Source: a virus
Lineage: Duplodnaviria; Caudoviricetes
DNA length: 64,000 bases
Direction: 5' to 3' (one strand)
IMG/VR virus record: IMGVR_UViG_3300042914_003272
Span: 11,164-75,163 of that record
Part shown: piece by piece, positions 37,805 to 48,753 of the stretch
Position numbering within the stretch: the first letter of the stretch is position 1
Layout: the number at the start of each line of letters is the position of its first letter
Position numbers and translations under genes: made by a program
Notes under the pieces: model-generated
Seen by the model: only the letters and a program-made list of their open reading frames with translations
What the model was told of the DNA's origin: nothing
Database searches by the model: none

Positions 37805-40800
37805 ATGAATAATGAAATTGAGTATTTAGTATCTCAGATGACTCCTGGACAATTAAATGCTTTCATCAACCAATCATTTCCTGATTTAGTTGGTGGGAAC
37901 TTTATGTTTAGACAGGGGCAAACTGAACAAGATAAAAAAAGAATTGTAGCAGATAGATTATCTAAAGCTGTAGCTAGTCCTGCTGTGGATGCTACTCAAG
38001 AAGCCGTACTTAATAGTTTAGGTAGGTACGTTAGCCCAGAAGTTCAACAATCTCAACAATCTAGAACAGCTAACATTGGCAACTATACTAACTTTGATGA
38101 CGAAAGCTACGGTGCTGTTCTTGGAAGTTATGACGATTTTAATTACGATTTATTAGATGATTCAGCTTATATTCCATCAGCAGGTATTCAAAAAAGCACT
38201 GGAGCTTCACAAGCACCGTTAGATATAGCAGGTGTCCAGAATGCTATTGCACAAGACCCTAATTGGCAACCAAGAAATGACTATGAGAGATGGGCGTTAG
38301 GGTTTATAAGAGGTGAGGATTCAGGTGTTAATCCTACCGTTGTTCCTGTAAATACTAATAGAACTGCTGGGATTCAAACGCCTAAAACACAAGGTGAGAA
38401 ATATCAGTTCAATGTATTAGAAAATAGAGAAAACAGAACTGCAAATATTCCGAATATTCCTATACCTAAACCAGTTGGTATTAAAACAGATTTGCTAACT
38501 GGTTTGGTTTATGACTATAACAGAGGGTTGGTTTTCAACCCTGTTAATGGCGTTACTCAAAAGTTAATTAGTGATGGTAGAACTATTCCTACTAAATTAG
38601 AAATTCCTAATTTAATTCAAGGTGAACAAAGTAATTCTATTCCTGTACCATCAATACGTCCAAATATAGGATTTAACGTCAATGAGAACCCTGAATTTGC
38701 AGGTGATGGCAACTTTTTTATTCAACAAGGTAATCAACTTACTCGTACTACTCCAGGAGTGTCTTACCAATCAACAGCATTATCGAGCAATAATAATAGC
38801 CAATATAAATGGCACGCACCTTTAGCTATTAAAAATAATTCCACTTTAGCTGAGTACACTAATCTCTCTCCACAAGCTAGACAATATTTAATTGATAGAC
38901 AATGGAATAGAGACAAAGAAAGAGCTTATATTCAACAACAACAAGAAGTAGGTAATCAAATAACTGATGGTGAAGGTAGGTTTTTTGATACTGCTAGTTA
39001 CATTGCTAACAGAGATAATTCAGTTCCCTATCCTAGAACTATTGGCATAGCACCAAAAATAGCAGGGGTAGGACAAGAATACTCTCCAGAAGTAATGTCC
39101 AGGATAGGACAAGGTGGGTTCTTAAATAACGCTGGTTCTATTAAGCTACCTAATACTTGGATAGATAAAGAAACTAATCAGAGGGTGTTTAGTAAGGGTA
39201 GGGGAACTCCCGCCACTATTGTTTACACAGGTGACAAAGAAGGTAGTGCAATCCCAAGTATTTCTATTCCTAGAATTCAAGGAGGTGGGAATGAATTAAT
39301 TAGCTTTGAGGATGCAGTTAAACGTCAACTAATTAGTCCTGAGCAATACAATAATTATATTAATCAAGCTGCTCAAACTAAGTTCATTCCTGCTGGTAAC
39401 ATGGATAGTTTTAATAGAGATAATATAAAACTCTATGAGACTACAGATAATCAAGGAAAAAACTACCGTGCTACTTACATGAATCCTCTAACAAAAGAGG
39501 TTTTTAATGTTACTCAAAATGGTGGGTTTTATCTAGTAAGACCCGCAGTAAGTGAGGAGTCTGGTGGTCTACCTATTAGAAAACAAACTACTAATCTTGC
39601 TCAGGAAATGACTGACATTAACCGAGTAATGAGAGAAGGTGGTAGAGATAATTTAGTTGACATTATCAGAGAAGACCCTACTAATCCAGGATTAGAGGCA
39701 TTTACTAGACCTGTTCCTGCTATTAATCCAATTACAGGTGAGACAATTAATAAATATGTTCACACTGGGAATTTAGTTAATCCAGAAACTTTACAACCTG
39801 AATCTATTGAACCCGGGGTTGATTACAGTCAATACGCTGTTTTAGACAAAGAAGGAAATCCAATTCCTACTGACAATTTTATTGAGATTTGGGATAAAAG
39901 AATGGGAACTCCCAAGCCTCCTAATGTTCAATTACTTGGGGAAGCAAGCAGGGATGCTTTCAAGCCTGTTGCTAGAAAGTGGGTAGACGATAATAACCCA
40001 CAGGATTTATTCAACTACTTTAACGCTAATGCCGAAAGTAGTGGACAATCAATGCAAGCTCTTGATTTATCTAGAGGTGGCAGTAGAACCGCAGGGGTTA
40101 GAAAAGCACCTGCTGATATGTATATTTCACCTTATCTGGATTATGATGCTGCTGGAAACTTGCAACTCAGAAGAAATTTTGTTCCAGAAAGAGGAGAAAC
40201 TACAATATTTAATTCTGGGAATTCTATAACAGTTTCTGCACCTACAGGATATCAAGATACTAATGCCACATCTGCATATCCATCACTTCAAGAAACAGAT
40301 TATCTTGGTGGCAGGTTAGCTTTTAATCCTGATGGAATTGTTGTTGATGTTCCTAGCAATGCTCCAGCCGCCAAAGGTATAAATAACTTTACCCCAGCAA
40401 GTGAGTTTACTTCTAGTTCCCCACAAGTTGTTAGGGATACACGAACTGGAAAAGTTATTTATGACCCTAACAGAACTGTCTATGTCAGAACAGGTAACAC
40501 AGGACTTGATGATGATAACTTTGCAGTAGTTCCTTATAAAGAAGACAAGCCTATAGTTAGTCGTGTTGCTAATATCAATAGTCCACAATCAATAGTTATA
40601 AATGACGGAAAGGTTGTTGGCAAAAACGCATTAGTTCAACAAGAAATCTTTGGCAATCAAGAAGTTTACCCTGGAGATTTTACCAACACTAAATTCTACA
40701 GATTTAAAACCAATCCTGAAACTCCTTTGGGTGCTTACAAGGTAAGTGAGTACGGAACACCAATTCCCAATGAGTATGGATTTCCTGAAGAAGTATTAAC

Positions 40801-43459
40801 ACCGTTATACGGAAACCCGTTAACCCTCCCAAGGTCAGCACAGATAGCTAATAAAGCTGAATTTATATCTCGTCCTCGCTTAATGGTACAGGATTTTAAA
40901 GGCATAACTCCTGACTATCAGCCTATTCCCGATGGTATGAGCTATGAAGAGGCAGACAGGAAAGGACTATTGAATCCCATCTTTAATAGCAGAACAGCAG
41001 GGTTAAATAGCAGTTACCAAATCCCTTTACCTAAAGGTGTGGGGTTAGCTAGGGTTCTTGATGAGTCTAACCCCAGAACTCAAGCGGCAATTGCCGCACA
41101 AGTGGCGAGGCGGCAAATCCCTTCCTTAGTTCAACAAAGGCAGTCTATACTTGCTGACAATTCTTTTACACTTGAAGAAAAGAAAGCTAAAGTTGATGAA
41201 TTATTTGCACAACCATTAGCAGTTCTTGGTGGTGATGAAGTTGATGCCTTAATTAAGATAGCGAAGAAGGGAGAATCTAAACCTGCATTTGATAGAAAGT
41301 ACACTATTACTCCTAGTAGAACAGCAGGTGTTGAGAGTCCACAATATACTCAATATTTAGACTTAGCAACTTATGATGATAGTCCTGACTTGACATTCTG
41401 GAAAGAGAATATTCCTGGTGTAGTTCCCCAAGGTGTAATTGATGGTGCTTATCTTCCAGTAACAACTATTCCTAGACCAATAAATAAGGAAGGTAAAAAA
41501 GGCTGGTTAATAAATGACCAAATTTACACTACAGAATCCGGTAGACAGGTCAGGGGAGATAAGGCTGTTAACTATGTCAATATCCCACTTAATTTAGATA
41601 GTGTTAGCTCTTACCTTCCTAAAAGCAAACGTGAGGAATTAGAATTAAAAGGTTTTAGTGATGATGCTATACAAGCTTGGGCAAATGTTAACCCTAATCT
41701 TGCTAGAGATAATGCCTTGGCTAACGCCAAGATATTAATTGATGGAAAATATTATGATGTAACCCCACAAGCTACTGTAGCCGAATTTAATCCTGTTGCT
41801 GGTGGGAATTATGCAATGGCTGAGACCAGGAGTCAAGGTAGAGCAGCAAGGATAGATTTACCATTTAAAGCTGGTGCAAATATATCTGAACCTACTCCTG
41901 AATGGATTGCCCAACAAGCTGCTGGTGGCAATTTAAGATTTAATGCCGACGACTATATTAGTCCTGATGATAAGGCAATTTTAAATCAGAAAGAAGTTTA
42001 CAATGCTGGTTATGAAGAACCAGCAGATATTCTTGGAGCTATCAGCAGAGTTCAACAGAAGAAAAATCAGATTGATGCAGTAATTAGTAACAGAAAACAA
42101 CGTCAAGTAGCTAAACCTCAAAGTAATATTGAAGTTCTAAAATACAAGTCCTATGTACTAGGTAAAGAGGCACAAGAGGCAAGGACTGATATTGATAGGC
42201 TTAGGGCTTTACAACAAAAAGCACAAATAGATTTATTGATAGACTCTCCGCAACAGAGAGTTGCTAATAATCTAGATGGGAAAATAAGTTCATCTATTGA
42301 TGAGAACTATACAACCCTTGGTCAAGACAGGTCTTTTAGTATTAATCCAGAAATCTTGCCACTATCTGATGCGGAAAGGGTTGAGTTTATAAGAAATTAT
42401 CAGCCTAACGCTTCTGATGTTTTATTGAACACAAAAGATATAGCTCCTGTTCAATCTACTCGTCCTAGAGATTTACAAGAATACTCTGACTATTTAGCAG
42501 AAGAAATTAACCGTGCTAGTGCAGCACATAACGCAATAGTCAACATTGAAGATTCGCCTGAAATTGTAATCAAAAGACAAGGGAATCCACAACAATTAAA
42601 CGCATTTATTTCTGCCGCAAATACTTTGGGAATGCAAACTGAAGACGATTCTTTTAGGTATAAAAATAATCCTGATGAAAAGTTAACTGCTTCCGTTACT
42701 GGTAGTTTACCTAATACATATTTACCCTATGAACAAGCACAGGAGTTAAATGAATCTAGGCTTTATCATCCACAAGATATTCAGGATGCCATAGAAAGTG
42801 GTGATTTTAGTGAACGGCAAATTAGGTCTATGCAAAATGCTAGACTACTACCTGCTTACCGCACACAACAAAAAGTTGAACTACCTACAGTTCCCACTTC
42901 TAATGTTGCTAAATTAGGTAGGGTAAAATTTGTTGAAGACTACATGGGAAACCCTGAAAGTATGTTGGAAGGTATGGGGCTTGATGGTGGTTCTATCCCT
43001 GGGGATTATATTCCAAATCCGTCAAAAGTGATTCAGCAATTTGTACCCGCAGGCAATCAGGTAATTAATATAGTTCCCAGCAGTTCCGAGAACTATCAAT
43101 ACAGAAGTGGTGGCAATGCCGATTATGGAATATGGGATATGCCTATTACTAATGACTTAGGAGGTATGGGATTTGATGGTGGTTCTATCCCTGGGGATTA
43201 CATACCCCGTCAAGTTAGAACCAATGTACAGCAAGGGGTTCAGTCAGAACCTCAACAAGTTAGAACCCCTAGAACCCCTGGAACTCAATCTTTCAATACT
43301 TCCATAGACCCTGAAGTTAAAATAACAGGTGGTATGAAGATTCCTAAATGGGCTATTCCTGCTACACTGGGTGCTGTGTGGTTAGGGTTAGCTGCTAACG
43401 CCCGTAGACAACAGGATGAGGACAGGAGACAACGGCAAGGTGTGGTAAACAGATACTAA
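37805..43459 (+). CDS. giant (1884 aa) probable internal virion protein with C-terminal TM
   Basis: N/Q/P-rich; C-terminal WAIPATLGAVWLGLAA; internal repeats. Confidence 0.6.
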   Translation: MNNEIEYLVSQMTPGQLNAFINQSFPDLVGGNFMFRQGQTEQDKKRIVADRLSKAVASPAVDATQEAVLNSLGRYVSPEVQQSQQSRTANIGNYTNFDDESYGAVLGSYDDFNYDLLDDSAYIPSAGIQKSTGASQAPLDIAGVQNAIAQDPNWQPRNDYERWALGFIRGEDSGVNPTVVPVNTNRTAGIQTPKTQGEKYQFNVLENRENRTANIPNIPIPKPVGIKTDLLTGLVYDYNRGLVFNPVNGVTQKLISDGRTIPTKLEIPNLIQGEQSNSIPVPSIRPNIGFNVNENPEFAGDGNFFIQQGNQLTRTTPGVSYQSTALSSNNNSQYKWHAPLAIKNNSTLAEYTNLSPQARQYLIDRQWNRDKERAYIQQQQEVGNQITDGEGRFFDTASYIANRDNSVPYPRTIGIAPKIAGVGQEYSPEVMSRIGQGGFLNNAGSIKLPNTWIDKETNQRVFSKGRGTPATIVYTGDKEGSAIPSISIPRIQGGGNELISFEDAVKRQLISPEQYNNYINQAAQTKFIPAGNMDSFNRDNIKLYETTDNQGKNYRATYMNPLTKEVFNVTQNGGFYLVRPAVSEESGGLPIRKQTTNLAQEMTDINRVMREGGRDNLVDIIREDPTNPGLEAFTRPVPAINPITGETINKYVHTGNLVNPETLQPESIEPGVDYSQYAVLDKEGNPIPTDNFIEIWDKRMGTPKPPNVQLLGEASRDAFKPVARKWVDDNNPQDLFNYFNANAESSGQSMQALDLSRGGSRTAGVRKAPADMYISPYLDYDAAGNLQLRRNFVPERGETTIFNSGNSITVSAPTGYQDTNATSAYPSLQETDYLGGRLAFNPDGIVVDVPSNAPAAKGINNFTPASEFTSSSPQVVRDTRTGKVIYDPNRTVYVRTGNTGLDDDNFAVVPYKEDKPIVSRVANINSPQSIVINDGKVVGKNALVQQEIFGNQEVYPGDFTNTKFYRFKTNPETPLGAYKVSEYGTPIPNEYGFPEEVLTPLYGNPLTLPRSAQIANKAEFISRPRLMVQDFKGITPDYQPIPDGMSYEEADRKGLLNPIFNSRTAGLNSSYQIPLPKGVGLARVLDESNPRTQAAIAAQVARRQIPSLVQQRQSILADNSFTLEEKKAKVDELFAQPLAVLGGDEVDALIKIAKKGESKPAFDRKYTITPSRTAGVESPQYTQYLDLATYDDSPDLTFWKENIPGVVPQGVIDGAYLPVTTIPRPINKEGKKGWLINDQIYTTESGRQVRGDKAVNYVNIPLNLDSVSSYLPKSKREELELKGFSDDAIQAWANVNPNLARDNALANAKILIDGKYYDVTPQATVAEFNPVAGGNYAMAETRSQGRAARIDLPFKAGANISEPTPEWIAQQAAGGNLRFNADDYISPDDKAILNQKEVYNAGYEEPADILGAISRVQQKKNQIDAVISNRKQRQVAKPQSNIEVLKYKSYVLGKEAQEARTDIDRLRALQQKAQIDLLIDSPQQRVANNLDGKISSSIDENYTTLGQDRSFSINPEILPLSDAERVEFIRNYQPNASDVLLNTKDIAPVQSTRPRDLQEYSDYLAEEINRASAAHNAIVNIEDSPEIVIKRQGNPQQLNAFISAANTLGMQTEDDSFRYKNNPDEKLTASVTGSLPNTYLPYEQAQELNESRLYHPQDIQDAIESGDFSERQIRSMQNARLLPAYRTQQKVELPTVPTSNVAKLGRVKFVEDYMGNPESMLEGMGLDGGSIPGDYIPNPSKVIQQFVPAGNQVINIVPSSSENYQYRSGGNADYGIWDMPITNDLGGMGFDGGSIPGDYIPRQVRTNVQQGVQSEPQQVRTPRTPGTQSFNTSIDPEVKITGGMKIPKWAIPATLGAVWLGLAANARRQQDEDRRQRQGVVNRY

Positions 43460-43498
43460 GAATACATGGGGCTAACGCCCCTTTAGTGGTGAGGTATC

Positions 43499-43822
43499 TT
43501 GGAAGTAACAATGTTAATAAGAAAAGAGAACACTCAGCTTACACTTAAAAAACATGGTGAAGATGAAAATGTTGTAATAGAATTTTCATTGATGGACAAA
43601 AAGGTTGTTTTAACAATTCACTTTTCCCATCAGAATTTAAGTACCAGGATTTATGACAATAGGTATGCAACTCTTGAACATTATCAACGGCTAATTCCAT
43701 TAGCTGCTGAAATAATTAAAGGTCGGGAAGAGTTTATTAAAGAACCATGTGGCTTTCTAGAACAACAGTCTTGGAAAGTTCAAAGCTTAGAAGACAAAGA
43801 GAATGCAATGCTAACGCATTAA
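43499..43822 (+). CDS. hypothetical protein
   Basis: After class B motif 43471; likely start ATG 43511. Confidence 0.55.
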   Translation: MEVTMLIRKENTQLTLKKHGEDENVVIEFSLMDKKVVLTIHFSHQNLSTRIYDNRYATLEHYQRLIPLAAEIIKGREEFIKEPCGFLEQQSWKVQSLEDKENAMLTH

Positions 43823-43906
43823 TAGTTATGAAGTAAAAGTAAAACCCCTCTTAGAAATCTCCTAGGAGGGGCTTTTGATGTTTGATAATTGTAGGAGTAT
43901 TATATC

Positions 43907-44626
43907 ATGAAAACAAAGTTATCTGCGAAAGAAAAAGCTGTTATTGTATTTAGTGATATCAAAAGAATTGAAGACTTACAGGCTTTAACCATCAGACAAC
44001 TAAAGGCATTAGCTTCTAGGATTAATAAAGAACTAGGACAACTAATTGTCAAAGCCAAGTTTGGTAAAGTAATGTCTAATATGACAAAAGCTGAACTCAT
44101 TCATGCTATTGATTATGTTAGAGTTTGCCGCGCTCAAACTGAAATGCGCGACTCTACTTTAATTGCAGTAAGCAATAGAATCTATGAATACAATAGATGT
44201 GATGGCGCACCTGGTAGTCTTCATTGGATTACTTACTTTGGGTTTAATAAAACCTCTGAGGGAAGTGCCAATCAAAATGCTGAGAGGTTTAGGCAATGGC
44301 TACTAAAGAACAAGTATTGTCGTTTAGCTGCTATCAGGAAGTCTGACAGGTTGAAGAATTTTGGTTTTGAGTTTGAAGTAAAAGTGTGGGGAATTAAGAA
44401 TAACATCTTTGACTTAATAGTTTCCAAGGAAGCAAAAGCTAAGGAACAAGAAATGAAGAAACCCATTATCCCTTTAGCTGAAAGACCGTTGGAAGAACAA
44501 AGAGAAGCATTGCAAAGGCAATATGACTTAGCTAAGTCTAACCCATTAACCAGAAATCATGCTGTTAAAAACATCTACCTTTTTGGGTTTGAATTAGTTG
44601 GAGAGCTTGTAGACTATAAATTTTAA
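43907..44626 (+). CDS. Rho_N-like domain protein
   Basis: LQALTIRQLKALAS...SNMTKAELIHAI; AGGAG RBS. Confidence 0.6.
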   Translation: MKTKLSAKEKAVIVFSDIKRIEDLQALTIRQLKALASRINKELGQLIVKAKFGKVMSNMTKAELIHAIDYVRVCRAQTEMRDSTLIAVSNRIYEYNRCDGAPGSLHWITYFGFNKTSEGSANQNAERFRQWLLKNKYCRLAAIRKSDRLKNFGFEFEVKVWGIKNNIFDLIVSKEAKAKEQEMKKPIIPLAERPLEEQREALQRQYDLAKSNPLTRNHAVKNIYLFGFELVGELVDYKF

Positions 44627-44639
44627 GGAGTAGTTAATC

Positions 44640-45143
44640 ATGGAATATCGCGCAATATCACTGCATCAACCTTGGGCTTCTCTTGTTGCTTTGGGAATTA
44701 AGAGGTATGAGACTAGAAGTTGGAGTACAAAGTTTAGAGGAAAACTTCTAATTTGTTCTGCAAAGAAAAAGTACGTACCAGATATTAGCTTTGTAAATAA
44801 AGTTTTCGACTTAAAAGATGTAAGACAATTTGACAGAACAAGGCTAGACTTTATTGGTACGAACACAGAGTACGTAGAATTTCTTCCTTTGGGAAAAATC
44901 CTTTGCGTAACTGACTTAGTTGATTGCTTAAAAATGGAATCTTACCCTAAACACAAAGAAAATATAATTCTTGAAGACGTTCCAGAATTAGAACAGCTTT
45001 GTGGCGACTGGCAAGCAGGTAGATACGCATGGGAATTAGCTAATCTCATGACATTACCCAAACCTATTCCTATTAAAGGGAAACAAGGTTTATGGATTCC
45101 TGATAGTTCAATTATTCAAGACATTGAAAAACAATTTCAATAG
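44640..45143 (+). CDS. ASCH domain protein
   Basis: AISLHQPWASLVALGIKRYETRSW..FRG.LLI..PIPIKGKQGLW. Confidence 0.9.
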   Translation: MEYRAISLHQPWASLVALGIKRYETRSWSTKFRGKLLICSAKKKYVPDISFVNKVFDLKDVRQFDRTRLDFIGTNTEYVEFLPLGKILCVTDLVDCLKMESYPKHKENIILEDVPELEQLCGDWQAGRYAWELANLMTLPKPIPIKGKQGLWIPDSSIIQDIEKQFQ

Positions 45144-45209
45144 GCTAACGCCTAAATGTTTGTGAGGAAATGCAATAATTTCCTCTTTACTCACTTACCA
45201 GTTAAATCC

Positions 45210-45869
45210 ATGAACATTATCATCATTACGCTCACAGTTAACTTTGTAGAATCCTTTACTGATATCCCTGGGCAACAACCATTTTCAATTGCTCAGTGTA
45301 GTTATCTTCAAACTGACAAAGACGGTAATCCTATAGAACACTTTGTGACTATTAAAGGATTTAATAACTCCTACGATAAAACCTCTTCTGGCATTACCTC
45401 TGATAGATTAAGTTTATTTAAGCCAGGAATGAAAATGCTTGTTACAGGTCAATTATTTACTGAGCAAAAAGATAAGGAAACTAAACAAGTTATTGAACAG
45501 CCTTATATACTTGCCCATTCAGTTTGTCCAGTTAAGGCAGAAGTCAATTACAATACCATTTATCTTGCAGGTAAGATGATGAAAATGCCTGAAAAGAGAA
45601 TTTATGAAAGTGGCAAACTGTCTATCACTACTTCACTTTTAATTAAGGAAGGGAGGAAGGGGTATTTCTACAACGTCACTGCTTGGAATAAGCAGGGTGA
45701 AACAGTAGAAAGATATTGTCGCAAAGGTGAGAATCTTGGGATTGAAGGCACTTTAGTTTTTGAATCCTGGAATGACAAGACCACTGGTGAACCCAGGACT
45801 GGCATTAAGATTACTGCTAATAAAGTGCGACTGATGGGAAGTAAAGATTCAAAAGATGATGAGTTCTAA
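45210..45869 (+). CDS. ssb: single-stranded DNA-binding protein (tandem OB folds)
   Basis: C-terminal OB fold: VTAWNKQGE...KG..LGIEG.L..ESW.DK.TGE.R; acidic DDEF tail. Confidence 0.8.
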   Translation: MNIIIITLTVNFVESFTDIPGQQPFSIAQCSYLQTDKDGNPIEHFVTIKGFNNSYDKTSSGITSDRLSLFKPGMKMLVTGQLFTEQKDKETKQVIEQPYILAHSVCPVKAEVNYNTIYLAGKMMKMPEKRIYESGKLSITTSLLIKEGRKGYFYNVTAWNKQGETVERYCRKGENLGIEGTLVFESWNDKTTGEPRTGIKITANKVRLMGSKDSKDDEF

Positions 45870-45954
45870 GCTTACGCTTTACTAACTGTGATGAACAAAA
45901 TAAGCCCTGTTATAATTAAATTATAGCAGGGTTTTTAACTAGCAAAATAAACGA

Positions 45955-47595
45955 GTGAAAACAATGGCTCAAACAATAAATACTTTAAATACTCTAATAG
46001 ATTCCGACTACCAGAAAGCGGTTTATAATGCCATAGAATACGGTAGTCACAACATCATCGTTGAGGCTCTAGCTGGTAGTGGGAAAACAACTCTAATTAA
46101 AAGAAGTTGTGAAATCATCTACAACAAGCAGGGTGTTAAACCTTTAGCTATTGCGTTTGGTAAACGTATTCAGAAAGAGCTTGAGTTAAAGATTGGCAAG
46201 ATAGCCCAAGTTCAAACTCTTAACTCCCTTGGGCATGGATTAGTCCGTAAAGCCCTAAATTATAGAGATTTAGATGTTGATAGGAAAAAGTACCTTCAAA
46301 TAGCCAGAAAAGTAGTTAAAGACCAGAATGGAACTACAGACTGGGAAGTAAATGAAAAGCTGTCTAATGAGTTGTGGGTTCTAACTACATTCTCAATGAA
46401 GACCTTAACTGGCACTAAATCCAGAGAAGCTTTAGAAAAGATGATTCAGGATTACAACCTGGATATCTGTCATCTTAATACTGTAGGAAATTGGTTAGGG
46501 TACGTAATCAAAGAAGGGGATAGACTAGCTAAAGAAGGCTTTCTCTCATTTGAAGACCAACTATTTCTTCCCTACCTATGGAAGCTAAACTCTACCTATA
46601 AATATGCTTGGGTATTTGGTGATGAAATGCAGGACGTTTCTAGTGCAGCACTAGAACTTTTCCTGAAGTTTACTGATGAAAATACTCGTATTCTTGGAGT
46701 AGGGGACAGATGGCAGTCTATTATGGGCTTTGCTGGTGCAAATACAGATGCTTTGGACAGGTTAAAGTATCGCACCAATGCAATATCTTTGCCATTGTCA
46801 ATCTGTTATAGATGCCCTAAGTCTCACTTGAAATTAGCACAGAAATTAGTACCATCAATAGAAGCTTCACCTACTGCCATTGAGGGTGTAATAATTGATA
46901 TTGATTTAAAAGTTAACATGGCAGGGCATTACGACTATGAAGAATTACTCCCACATTTAACAGGTGGTGAGTTAATTGTTTGTAGAAAAACCGCACCGTT
47001 AATTAGTCTTTGCATTAAACTCATAATTGCCCGTATTCCTGCAAAAATCATAGCTGGTGACTCTAACCTTGAACAGTCTCTATCAAGTCTTATAGACGAC
47101 ATTTCTAAGGTGTCTGGATTTAGATTTGAAAGATTCCCAGAGTTTGTAGAAATCTTATTTCAGAGCAGACAGTCCAGGCTAATTGAGCAAGGCGCATTTA
47201 AAATAATTGCAAATCTGCGTGATAGGTGTGATGCTTTGTTAGCTTGCTTTGAGGGATTTGATAATCTGGTTAACATCAAGTCATTGAAAAAATCACTTAG
47301 CAATCTATTTCTTGAAAGGCAAGATAGTGTTACCCTTTCTACCATACACACTGCCAAAGGATTAGAAGCAGAGCGTGTTGTATTCTTGCATCCTGAATTA
47401 TGCCCTCATACATTTAAGGGGCAAAACAAAGAAAGTTTACAGCAAGAAAAGAATCTTCAATATGTGGCTCTCACTAGAAGTAAACGCACTTTGATTTTAG
47501 CTTGTAGTGGTGGAGTTAAAAAACCTCAATCCAAGAAGACTGATGATTGTCCAAAAGATTGCCAGAAGTCCAAAGAAGAGGAATTAGATAGTTAG
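45955..47595 (+). CDS. UvrD/Rep-like SF1 helicase
   Basis: ALAGSGKTT, DEMQD, VGD.WQSI.GFAGA, YRCP, STIHTAKGLE, YVALTRSK. Confidence 0.92.
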   Translation: MKTMAQTINTLNTLIDSDYQKAVYNAIEYGSHNIIVEALAGSGKTTLIKRSCEIIYNKQGVKPLAIAFGKRIQKELELKIGKIAQVQTLNSLGHGLVRKALNYRDLDVDRKKYLQIARKVVKDQNGTTDWEVNEKLSNELWVLTTFSMKTLTGTKSREALEKMIQDYNLDICHLNTVGNWLGYVIKEGDRLAKEGFLSFEDQLFLPYLWKLNSTYKYAWVFGDEMQDVSSAALELFLKFTDENTRILGVGDRWQSIMGFAGANTDALDRLKYRTNAISLPLSICYRCPKSHLKLAQKLVPSIEASPTAIEGVIIDIDLKVNMAGHYDYEELLPHLTGGELIVCRKTAPLISLCIKLIIARIPAKIIAGDSNLEQSLSSLIDDISKVSGFRFERFPEFVEILFQSRQSRLIEQGAFKIIANLRDRCDALLACFEGFDNLVNIKSLKKSLSNLFLERQDSVTLSTIHTAKGLEAERVVFLHPELCPHTFKGQNKESLQQEKNLQYVALTRSKRTLILACSGGVKKPQSKKTDDCPKDCQKSKEEELDS

Positions 47596-47702
47596 CAAAG
47601 AATATAAGTTAATTTGTTAACACCTTTCATAATCATTGGGGCAATCGCCCCTTTGATTTTGATGTACAATGTTTACTAGCAAAATAAACAGAATCAATAG
47701 TT

Positions 47703-48320
47703 ATGAGAAACTTAAAAGATTGGTTAGGGCATAAAGTATTAGTCCTGGGAATTGTTAATAAGATAGAACCAAATAGCTACTGTATTACCAACGTCAGAGT
47801 TAAGGAATATTCTCTTAATCCTGAAATTAGAGAAATACACCACATTAATACTTTCTTTACTGAACGTGAAATGGAAGTTTATGATGACTTGAAGAAAACT
47901 CACCCTAAAAAAATTCCCAGACTAAATGAGAAAGTAGGGTTTGTTGGTAGAGTTATTAAGTATACTAGAAGGAATGGAACTGAAGATTATGGGATACAAA
48001 GTATTCCTACTATTTCTTTTACGGTTACTGGCAAAAAAGGAACTAAAATGCCTGCCAAAGAGAGGGAAAAGTTAGTATTAGAGATGATGGCGTTACTCAG
48101 AAAAAAGGAAATCTTTTACGACTTTGAAAAACAAAGTTATGAAAAACATCTCAGTGAGTTAAATGAGATTCTAAAACACATTCGTTGGGAGTTAGCAATT
48201 CTCAGATACTCTCATGATAAAGCTATCGAATCTATGAAGAAAACCCGTAGAGGCAACCTCAATCCTGACCCTGTTAAGTTTAAATCCCGTAGGCTAAAAA
48301 ATGTTTGTGGGTTTAAATAG
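47703..48320 (+). CDS. hypothetical basic protein
   Basis: 205 aa after hairpin variant 47641 and GCAAAATAAAC leader. Confidence 0.6.
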   Translation: MRNLKDWLGHKVLVLGIVNKIEPNSYCITNVRVKEYSLNPEIREIHHINTFFTEREMEVYDDLKKTHPKKIPRLNEKVGFVGRVIKYTRRNGTEDYGIQSIPTISFTVTGKKGTKMPAKEREKLVLEMMALLRKKEIFYDFEKQSYEKHLSELNEILKHIRWELAILRYSHDKAIESMKKTRRGNLNPDPVKFKSRRLKNVCGFK

Positions 48321-48395
48321 CCAAGAAGGCTAACGCCTTAATAGTAGTGGAGTAACTAAAGGTAATTATGACTGAGGGTAAATATTGTATCAACC

Positions 48396-48737
48396 ATGAA
48401 AACTAAACTGGTAATTGACTGCACAATCAAAGGTAATTTGTATCAACAAACGGTCAATGACCTCATTGACTTAGACAAGTTTATAGCCACACATCAAGCT
48501 CCTGAATACTTATTCTTTCATCCTGAGTACACAGCTTCCTTTAAGTTGTGTACAAAAGACATCTCACGATACTATTGTGAGTTTGCAGTGGCTGATAGAA
48601 AGTATGAGATTAAAACTCTGCAAACTTTATTGTTTTGTTTAGGTGATAATGTAGATGTTAAGGGTATTCCCTTGTTCTTTCAAATAGGGAATAGTTTGTT
48701 TGAAGTGAGTGCTAATGGGCTAACGCCCAACTGGTAG
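48396..48737 (+). CDS. hypothetical protein
   Basis: After class B motif 48329. Confidence 0.55.
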   Translation: MKTKLVIDCTIKGNLYQQTVNDLIDLDKFIATHQAPEYLFFHPEYTASFKLCTKDISRYYCEFAVADRKYEIKTLQTLLFCLGDNVDVKGIPLFFQIGNSLFEVSANGLTPNW

Positions 48738-48753
48738 TGATGTAGTTTTAAAG

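Noticed and set aside
7748-43402. GCTAACGC copies inside CDSs (about 7748, 19051, 28816, 29109, 41720, 43394)
   Set aside because: They lack the N10-GTGA element and are explained by Ala-Asn-Ala or Ala-Leu-Ala codons
37805-43459. 1884-aa protein as a virion RNA polymerase
   Set aside because: No DxDGD/DxDxD or T7-type motifs recognisable; low-complexity composition
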